Virus record (IMG/VR): IMGVR_UViG_3300032328_000613
Coordinates: 1 to 33,693 of that record
DNA length: 33,693 nucleotides
Reading direction: 5' to 3' (one strand)
Source of the DNA: a virus
Taxonomy: Duplodnaviria > Caudoviricetes
In this document: one piece after another, positions 7,901 to 14,564 of the stretch
How positions within the stretch are numbered: position 1 is the stretch's first letter
How the letters are laid out: the number at the start of each line of letters is the position of its first letter
Program-made: the position numbers and the translations under genes
Notes under the pieces: model-generated
What the model was told of the DNA's origin: nothing
Databases searched by the model: none
What the model saw: the letters and a program-made list of their open reading frames with translations, nothing else

Positions 7901-10858
7901 TGTTGCTTTGGGTGCTTTGCTGAATTGGACGCGCCCGGGTTCTGTTTTTGTTGGCGGTTTTTCGGACAGCAGTTGGTCGGTTATGTTAATGATGTCCGAC
8001 AGAGCATTGACGCTATTCGCGTTCATGTTAAAAAATTGCCGTACGTTTTCAACAAATTGGTTGTACAGAGTTTTGACCATGTGGCCCGGGGTGTCCATCA
8101 ACCATTCTTGGAACTTGGGGTCGGTCATTGCGTAGGACACAAACTCATGCACATCATCAAACACTTTGCCATCCAAAAGGAGGTCGTGCAAGCGCAGAGG
8201 TAGTTTGTCTTCGTCTAGTTGTGCTTGCGCTCTTTTACGCGCTAGCTGCATTGTTTTTTCTAGAGCCCGCACTGCTTTGGTTAGACCGGCATCAATACCT
8301 TTTAAACCCGCATTAATCTTTTGTTGGAGTGCCGCATGCAGGGCTTCGTGCAACACCGTTATGTTGTTTACGCCTTGGTATAAACGGTTACTGCTGTTTG
8401 GGTCTAACCCCCGCACTACAATATATGTGCCGCCTTTTCCATCCCGTACAAACGCACCAGTAGCTCCGTTCCATTCATTTGCGGGTATGCCCAATTCTGG
8501 CGGCAGGTTTTCGCCTTCTACAACAACAAACTGAATACCTTCGAGTGCCGACGCCAATCGTTTGGCAAACAATTTTTGAAGTGCGTTACCCGTTTCTGCT
8601 ACACGCCCTATTGCTTCTTTTGCGGTCTTGAATTTGTGGAACTCCCGGTCGGGTTTTCCAATGCTAGCCGCAATAGATTTTTTAACCACCGCATCGTTGT
8701 ACTCGGCATCAAGCTCTGCTTGTACTGTGCGCTTTTGGTCTTCCGTTAATTGGCTGAAGGTGGGTTTGACCGCAGCTTTTTGTTTTGATAATTGTCTAGC
8801 AGCATCGAGTTCGTCAATTTGTTTAACAATAGCATCAAATTTAGCCGTAACTTTGTTTGATTCAACGCGCAAAACTGCTTGGGCATCTTTAGCTTTGACT
8901 GGGCTATATTTACCGTTTTCATCAAGGGCTAATGGTTTGCCATCATCGCCCAAAACATCACGCGCACGATCAGTACCTAGTTCATGTATTTTTTCTGATA
9001 AAGCCAAGCCTTCTTCGTGCGCTTCATCCATCTGCTTAACAAGCTCATCCCTTTTTTCAAAATACTCAAGAATACCTAGTGGTTTTGTTTGGGCAGGTTT
9101 ATTTTGTTCTTCATCAAGCTCCGCTTGCAAGCTTTGTTTTTCTTCGTCGGTTAGTTCGGCTGCGGGGGCGGGTGCTTCTTGTCTTTGCGCTTCTGCTTGG
9201 ACGGCTTCAGGGGTTTTAATGCCAACTTGGGCTCCTTCGGTTACTGTGGGTGTCTCTTGTTTTGTTTCTTTATTAAATTCTTCTTCAACAATAAGCGAGG
9301 CATTTTTAGGGCTCAACCCCCCGTTTATTAATTCTTCTATGCGTTTTTGCTTTGGGTCTTCTAATGCAGCACGTTGTTGACCCTCTCCCGCATCAAGCTG
9401 TCCAGCAGGCGCTGCAGTAGAAACCATTCTTGCTGGCTCAGGGCCTCCAACTCCGGGGGCGGGGGCTCCTGCACTGGGCTCGCTAACCATTGGAACGCCT
9501 GCTCCAGTTGATTCTGCGTTAGGCTGTTGTACATCACTTGGAACCTCCTGTTGCTTTGTCTGTTGTGCTGCTTGCTGCTCGGCTTCATATTGTGCGTCGT
9601 TTGCTTCTTCCTCGGCAATTTTTTCTTCCGCTAGCCGATTGGCTTCTTCTTTTGATACGCTGCCAACTAAGAGTGAGTTGGCTAATTCTTCTACACGCTC
9701 CGCGCGTTCTTGCGCTTTTTGATCTGGTGAAGCTGGTGGTGGGGGCGGGGGTGGTTGTGTATCGGCGGGTGGGCGTTGAACTTTATCAACATCAATTTTT
9801 TCTTCCCCCCGTGTACGTAAAGCTCCCGCTGCGCCGCCAAGACCAACACCACCAACGACAGCCATACCCGCAGCTTCGCCGACACCGGCGTACAAGTTTT
9901 GATTCGGGTCAACTTCGCGCTGCGCTACGTTTTGTGCAAACTTACCACCACCCTCTTCAATAGCCTCGCCGACACTTTCACCAGCAGCACCGGCGGCAAC
10001 GTTAGATAAACGACCTGAAAATTTACCGGGAACACCGGCAGCAAAGCCTTCAATTGCACCAGCACCGGGCAAGTTTTGCGCCAGCGCGGAAATAACAGCG
10101 CCAGAGGCACCCGCTCCACGAGCCAAACTTAAAGCGCGTTGCGCTGCTTCTTCATCTGTAGCGTCGTTTTCTTTTAGCTTCTTGTATACGTTTTCGTACG
10201 TCTCTGCGCCAACACTTGCGCCTTGCTGAATAGCACCAGTTCCTTTTGCCGCTGCGGATCCTAGGATTGCTGATTGTTTTGCAGCCGTTTGTTTGGCCGC
10301 AATTTCGGCGGCTTCTTTTGCCATACCACTTGCCACTAATTTTGCGGCTTCTTTTGATGTAATCCCTGTGGCGGTCAGTGCGGCAGTGCCACCACCGGTT
10401 AATAAAGCGGGGATTAATTGGGGTAATTGTTCTGTTAAAAAACTTGCAAGTAACTGAGGGTCTGTAAGCGTTTCTTTAATCGCGGTACCGGCGGCAGAAA
10501 GCTGTCCGCCTTTTCGTTCTGCTTCTTGTATTTTTAATCGGCTTAATTTTTTGTTGGCCCTTAGTTGTTCAGACTGTAACCCTTCTCCGTACTTTGATAT
10601 ATCTTTACCAAACTCGGTTCCACTAAAGTCGCCTGTAGCCAAACCATAAAGTTGACCCGGCAGTTGTGCAAGCCCGCCGACCCCAACCACAAGGTCTGCC
10701 GCACGATCTTGAGCAATTTGCCCCAAAGACCCTTCTTTACTTGCTGCTTGCTCCAAAGACTTTTTATACGTGATGTTCGCCCATCTCCAAGCGGTATTTG
10801 GATCCGGCGCGTCAACTTCGTAGGTAGAACCCTGTACGTCTACTTCGTATGTAGGCAT
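4964..10858 (-). CDS. giant internal virion/ejection (polyvalent-type) protein with zincin-like motif and PLxRFG-like domain
   Basis: 1964 aa. Gly/Ala-rich hydrophobic N-region, acidic/Pro linker, HEALH...HEFVSY metallopeptidase-like motif, YFPLMRYG (PLxRFG-like), long helical C-terminus. It is the last gene of the virion operon, where podovirus ejection proteins lie. Confidence 0.75.
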   Translation of the reverse strand: MPTYEVDVQGSTYEVDAPDPNTAWRWANITYKKSLEQAASKEGSLGQIAQDRAADLVVGVGGLAQLPGQLYGLATGDFSGTEFGKDISKYGEGLQSEQLRANKKLSRLKIQEAERKGGQLSAAGTAIKETLTDPQLLASFLTEQLPQLIPALLTGGGTAALTATGITSKEAAKLVASGMAKEAAEIAAKQTAAKQSAILGSAAAKGTGAIQQGASVGAETYENVYKKLKENDATDEEAAQRALSLARGAGASGAVISALAQNLPGAGAIEGFAAGVPGKFSGRLSNVAAGAAGESVGEAIEEGGGKFAQNVAQREVDPNQNLYAGVGEAAGMAVVGGVGLGGAAGALRTRGEEKIDVDKVQRPPADTQPPPPPPPASPDQKAQERAERVEELANSLLVGSVSKEEANRLAEEKIAEEEANDAQYEAEQQAAQQTKQQEVPSDVQQPNAESTGAGVPMVSEPSAGAPAPGVGGPEPARMVSTAAPAGQLDAGEGQQRAALEDPKQKRIEELINGGLSPKNASLIVEEEFNKETKQETPTVTEGAQVGIKTPEAVQAEAQRQEAPAPAAELTDEEKQSLQAELDEEQNKPAQTKPLGILEYFEKRDELVKQMDEAHEEGLALSEKIHELGTDRARDVLGDDGKPLALDENGKYSPVKAKDAQAVLRVESNKVTAKFDAIVKQIDELDAARQLSKQKAAVKPTFSQLTEDQKRTVQAELDAEYNDAVVKKSIAASIGKPDREFHKFKTAKEAIGRVAETGNALQKLFAKRLASALEGIQFVVVEGENLPPELGIPANEWNGATGAFVRDGKGGTYIVVRGLDPNSSNRLYQGVNNITVLHEALHAALQQKINAGLKGIDAGLTKAVRALEKTMQLARKRAQAQLDEDKLPLRLHDLLLDGKVFDDVHEFVSYAMTDPKFQEWLMDTPGHMVKTLYNQFVENVRQFFNMNANSVNALSDIINITDQLLSEKPPTKTEPGRVQFSKAPKATRASATEEKLGKGNFADDLREMSTLTKLRDQTEFVNRAVSQFAYMGQNFIHQLLPTLQTSAVVEWAGRLGMSHIVKAHKFMVDMAGEKNKRLNQMLSKFDKLLYLKRKFPDQYKKLADIMHYTTLLSRDPTNAKALAGDKVLQRLWSGLDADTKKLYEEIRDHYIEQHTAYYDVLTKQIEESGLKEPEKSKIIAAIKQVYETGKTMYPYFPLMRYGQYWVRVGKGAGREFHMFENKGDRDTFIRERAKQLGTTWEKAASSGDMDAGNDLKSARTSDNMASTETLKTLFAAINNGAIHVTDNFGDIVSEASVVNAEILKNQIYQMYLHTLPDRNFRKQFIMRKGIAGFSGDIARNFVTNGINMANQLTRIEYGGKAMKELELAKDALQGDPDTLKLKEFHAEMIERVTMQVRPEVEDDLLTKAVNLLNTSSYLWFMTSTKTAVAQLSSLPVFVGPVLTANHGFNPVKVAAALTKSLAVFTTNVKIKKNPDGTTAFEFPTMSMVGGAELTPDEKLAAKYMADRGITENTNTYELIGRRNISTAEAESTTAKIGGAVVSVMTALFHHTERMIREITFMTSYRLYRQDIGRINNAHEKALELAEKETTEALGAYSAYERPRGVLQFGQNKVLINAHQPAGKALLQFKMFAVFATTFFIRNAWRMFGGLDAKDKAQAMTKLVGSVSMSLALAGYVGVPGIAMAVGAVQGMMDSLAGALGDDDEEKILEQRDWELWFRRIWLRETFGDVIGGVLDRGVIAQTTGYDITSSLSFQNMWFPEVREQATAKATVLEYLASIAGPGFSLMVKTVPDALDFFDKGEIMRGMETLMPAFVKGAFTAERYEREGATTSNRLPIIEAKDFTQGQLFMQMLGFASTELVARREAINTFQGGKIAVTRKRNELIDKLSRAEESERSNDYNQVMKEIDKFNAQYPTNDISDETIMQSRQRREKALRYAQKGIPYDKNFEGQYDRIIEQMDKEFGKK

Positions 10859-10873
10859 GTTTGATTACCTTGG

Positions 10874-12601
10874 TTATTGCTTGAGTCTAACAGCACCGGG
10901 GGGAGGGGCATCAGATGAACCAGCGCTAGGCGCTCCTTGGCTAATACCACCTATGCCACCCGTTAGTCTATTACTTAACATATATATATCATTAGTTATA
11001 TTGGCTATTTCGGCTGGGTCGGTTGCTCTACCTAATTCTCTTTCTAACCTACTAATGTTTACATCTTGGCTAATAGTTTTCATAGCCGCTATTTTTTGGT
11101 TTGCGGCTGCTTTAACGTCAGCAACTCCGGCCATACCAGCATACTTATCTTTCTGGTATTGTACAAATAACTCGCGTTCTGTTTTGTACTGCATTGAGCG
11201 GTCTGATTGTCTTACTCTGTTTTTGTAAGCCTCATAGTTCTTTATTTCCTCAGTTGGCGCTTCAGCATTAAACTTGGCAAGGGCTGCAGCGGCGGCTCTG
11301 TCCAATGCGTGTATAGCTTCTTGGTTTTTGTTGCGTATTTTTTCTAACTCTCGTGCATTTATATTGCTTTGCTCTAACCTTGCCAATTCGTTTTTGTTTC
11401 GTTCGACTTCTGCTGCGGCATTAAGTAACGCTGTTTGTTGTGTTGAAGCCATTTTTGAGGCGGCTTCGGTGGCCGCGTTTTGTCGTGCTTCGGAAGTTTT
11501 AAACCCTTCGCTAGCGAGACCCATAGCTTCTTCGCGTTGTTTGCCCTCAATTTCACCACGCGCTGCGTTCAAACGGCGTCTGTGAGCCATGTCGGCTGCC
11601 TCTTGTGCGGCAGTTTGTTGCAAGTATGCTGGGGCTGCGCCACCAAGGCCACCACGACCAATGCCAGACATCACGTTTATGAAGTTGTTGAAGCCCCTAT
11701 TTTTAAGAGCTTCTTTATATTGTGCGTCTTCTTCGTCGTAGCGTTTGCTTTGTGCTTCGCCGTAGTTACCTTTAACACCCGCAGCTTCCCTTGCCGCTTT
11801 CATCGCCGCTATTTGTTGTTCTGGAGTTTTTACTTCCATCCCGCGTTTCATCGCCTCCATATAGGATGGGTCGTTGAGGAAGTCGTTTGGTTTTTCGCTT
11901 TGGCTTTGGCTTTGCGAAGGTCGTGCGGGTTGATATGAGCTTGAAGAATTTTCTGACCTAGAAGGCGGGCGTTCTTCTGGGTTTTCTTGCCTGTAGTTGT
12001 TGAGGATCTGCATGATCTTCATTTTCTTTTCTTCTTCCGGGTCTCTAACAACAGAACCCTGCGCCTCATCCCCAGCGTACCCAAGGATGCCACCGTCGGA
12101 ATATTCAAACATACCGTCTGGAACTTGAAGATTTTCAATACCTTGGGCAGCGGTCATACCGCCTTCAGCCATCCGTTGTATAGGTTGAGCACCTGCGGCC
12201 ATCTGTTGTGGTCGTGGTTGTGGCCGTGGTTGTGGCCGTGGCTGCTGAGGTGCGCCGATCCCCTGCTGCTCTGGGGATGGTGGTTGAGGTTGTGCTTGGG
12301 GTTGTGGGATGCCGCCGGGGACGGGGCCACCTTGGGGCGCTTGCGCTTGCGCTTGCGCTTGTTGCGCTTGTTTTGCTTGAAGCCCGGCCAGACCGGCGCT
12401 TTGTTCGATCTGTTCTTTTACAGTCGGCATCGGGCCTTGTTGCGCCTGCTGCTGCTGCACACGCTGATCCATAGTTTGCCGACGCTGCATTTCGGCAAGC
12501 GCCATGTACGGAGGGACTTCTGGGTTTGTCCCGTTGGCGTACGACTGGATAACCTGCATGGGCAGGTCTTTTAAATGTTCTTGAATTTGAATTAAGTTCA
12601 T
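10874..12601 (-). CDS. putative internal virion/ejection protein (Q/P-rich, coiled coil)
   Basis: 575 aa. Q/P/A low complexity, long predicted helices, Gly-rich amphipathic segment (GIGRGGLGGAAP). Sits among the ejection genes. Confidence 0.7.
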   Translation of the reverse strand: MNLIQIQEHLKDLPMQVIQSYANGTNPEVPPYMALAEMQRRQTMDQRVQQQQAQQGPMPTVKEQIEQSAGLAGLQAKQAQQAQAQAQAPQGGPVPGGIPQPQAQPQPPSPEQQGIGAPQQPRPQPRPQPRPQQMAAGAQPIQRMAEGGMTAAQGIENLQVPDGMFEYSDGGILGYAGDEAQGSVVRDPEEEKKMKIMQILNNYRQENPEERPPSRSENSSSSYQPARPSQSQSQSEKPNDFLNDPSYMEAMKRGMEVKTPEQQIAAMKAAREAAGVKGNYGEAQSKRYDEEDAQYKEALKNRGFNNFINVMSGIGRGGLGGAAPAYLQQTAAQEAADMAHRRRLNAARGEIEGKQREEAMGLASEGFKTSEARQNAATEAASKMASTQQTALLNAAAEVERNKNELARLEQSNINARELEKIRNKNQEAIHALDRAAAAALAKFNAEAPTEEIKNYEAYKNRVRQSDRSMQYKTERELFVQYQKDKYAGMAGVADVKAAANQKIAAMKTISQDVNISRLERELGRATDPAEIANITNDIYMLSNRLTGGIGGISQGAPSAGSSDAPPPGAVRLKQ

Positions 12602-14562
12602 GGTTGTTTTTGTCCCAAGCCTTCAAGAGTTTTGTAAATAGTCGCCAGACCAGAAATTTTGTTTGCGATGTCGCTAAGTTGGCTTTGCATAGCTGTGTTT
12701 TCTGTGGTCGTGATCGGCAAACCGTAAAGCAAAGATTTTTGGAACTGCACTTGTTTATACGGAAAGTCTTTCGCCTCTTCAAATTGAGCTTTGTCGGCGG
12801 CGATACCTTGACTTGTAATATCGCGTTGGGTAGCGCCAGCCGTGCCAAGAGCTTGAAGATTTGACAGCCCGTAGTTTGCGCTGAACTGACGATTGGCTTC
12901 GTTTGCTTGGTCAGTTTGGAGTCGGCGACTTTGATCCGCGTTGAACTGAGCCATTGCGTTGTTATATGCAGTGTTGTAGCCTTGGCCGAGTGCCGACTGC
13001 ACTTTATCCAGCGTGTTCCTTTGGTTTTCGGTTTGAGCCAGCACTGCGCCAGAGCCACCGTACCCACCTTGCTTTCTTGCTTGGTATTGGTTTTGGACGT
13101 TTTGGATTTGTCCTTGGCGGTTCAACTCGGCAATCTGTGGATCAAGGGCTGCTTTAGTGTACGGGTTCATGTACTGTTGCGCAGTGTTGGCATCAAACCC
13201 TTGGTAGTTAACTTGGCCGGGGGTAAAACCTGTTTTAGCTAAGTTTGAAATCCCACTAAATTGTTGTTTTTGGAGATCGGATGCGCCAGCAGTTAGGGGG
13301 CCTTTGTATGCTTGGAATGGTGTGTTTGCAAGCGCTTGGCCTTTACCCAAGTATTCAGAAACGTACGGGCCCGCCCATGTAGAAAGACCCTCGGCTACAG
13401 AACTACCTTGAGATGGGATGGTTGTAGAGGATGTTGTTCCTGTTCCTGTCCCTGTTGTACCCGTGCTCCCACCATTATTAAAATGTCTTACATTCCCACC
13501 ATCAGCATAGCCCGCAGCAACACCGCCAGCCAAAAACTTATCTGGGTTAATTCGCTTGCCTTGTTGTGCATTACCTGTGCGTGCTTTGCGAACCCTAGCC
13601 ATCATGTCGTAGAGTTTTTGTGCGCCAGCGTTTGAGTTGCCGTTACCCAAATGAGATACAACGTCGGCAGGAATAACAAACTCGCCGTGGCTCAACGCAG
13701 CTTTTTGCTTGCCGTCGATCATCGAGGGAATCTTGTCAGCCATGCCGTCTGTTCTACCGTCTAAATACCGACCACCTCGGGCAAATTTTTGTCTGCTCTG
13801 CCAAGGCATAGCGAATTCGGGTGTTTCTTCTTCTTGCCGGGCTTGCTTTGCGGCAACCGCTGCTTGCACTTCGTCGTTTTGTTCTTTTTTTGCCTGTGCT
13901 TCCGCTACTCCGGCGGTTTGTGCCGCGCCAGCTTGCGCAGGTGCTGAATACTTTATATCCGAAAAATAGTCGCGTCCGTAGCTGCCCGGCTCTCTTTGCT
14001 CGTTTACGTAATCATAAGGTACTTGAGACCTAGTAGCCGTGTATGTAGGTATCTTACCTTGGTAAGCATTTGATTTTGGTTTGTCACCACCAGAAAAAGC
14101 GCTAATTGCAGCCATACCGGTAAGGATTTTGTTAAAGTCAATGCTACCGTCGGGTTTAGTAACCGCGTTCTTTACATAATTAAGACCATCTTTGCCATAT
14201 TTGGTTAGGGCTTGTTTTGTGTAATCCCACAACGTAGGGTTTTCTTTTGCTTTTTGTAAGAACTCTCCGTCGGCGGAGTCAGCGGTGCGATAAAGGCTAC
14301 CGTCTTTAAAAATGTTGCCACGCGAGTCTGTTGTGTATTCTGGTTCGCCGGTGTTATTTTCAGCGGCGCGATAAAGCACGCCATACCTGTAGACGTTACC
14401 AAGTGAGTCTTCTGTAAACTCGTCTTCGTCAAGATTGGAATTAGTGTTATCTTCAGCGGCGCGATAAAGCACGCCATACCTGTAGACGTTACCAAGTGAG
14501 TCTTCTGTAAACTCGTCTTCGTCAAGATTGGAATTAGTGTTATCTTCGTTCTCGTCATCCAT
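12598..14562 (-). CDS. putative internal virion/DNA-pilot-like protein, multi-module
   Basis: 654 aa. N-terminal acidic repeats, central DG.ADKIP..ALSHGEFVIPADVV module, Q/N/A-rich C-half typical of DNA-transfer proteins. ATGA overlap with the downstream gene. Confidence 0.7.
   Translation of the reverse strand: MDDENEDNTNSNLDEDEFTEDSLGNVYRYGVLYRAAEDNTNSNLDEDEFTEDSLGNVYRYGVLYRAAENNTGEPEYTTDSRGNIFKDGSLYRTADSADGEFLQKAKENPTLWDYTKQALTKYGKDGLNYVKNAVTKPDGSIDFNKILTGMAAISAFSGGDKPKSNAYQGKIPTYTATRSQVPYDYVNEQREPGSYGRDYFSDIKYSAPAQAGAAQTAGVAEAQAKKEQNDEVQAAVAAKQARQEEETPEFAMPWQSRQKFARGGRYLDGRTDGMADKIPSMIDGKQKAALSHGEFVIPADVVSHLGNGNSNAGAQKLYDMMARVRKARTGNAQQGKRINPDKFLAGGVAAGYADGGNVRHFNNGGSTGTTGTGTGTTSSTTIPSQGSSVAEGLSTWAGPYVSEYLGKGQALANTPFQAYKGPLTAGASDLQKQQFSGISNLAKTGFTPGQVNYQGFDANTAQQYMNPYTKAALDPQIAELNRQGQIQNVQNQYQARKQGGYGGSGAVLAQTENQRNTLDKVQSALGQGYNTAYNNAMAQFNADQSRRLQTDQANEANRQFSANYGLSNLQALGTAGATQRDITSQGIAADKAQFEEAKDFPYKQVQFQKSLLYGLPITTTENTAMQSQLSDIANKISGLATIYKTLEGLGQKQP
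14351..14547. repeat. tandem 93-bp duplication (31 aa)
   Basis: 14359-14547 is a perfect period-93 repeat encoding EDNTNSNLDEDEFTEDSLGNVYRYGVLYRAA twice. It extends to 14351 with one mismatch. Confidence 0.95.
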
Positions 14563-14564
14563 TT

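Noticed and set aside
12208-12375. Short 12-bp and 6-bp tandem repeats as regulatory elements or iterons
   Set aside because: They encode PRPQ and QA low-complexity linkers in frame within the 575-aa gene.
12165-13067. 300-aa alternative-frame ORF bridging the 654-aa and 575-aa genes (possible frameshift product)
   Set aside because: No SD or slippery site is evident, and its composition is what a shifted reading of Q/A/P-rich codons produces. The two real genes are already ATGA-coupled.
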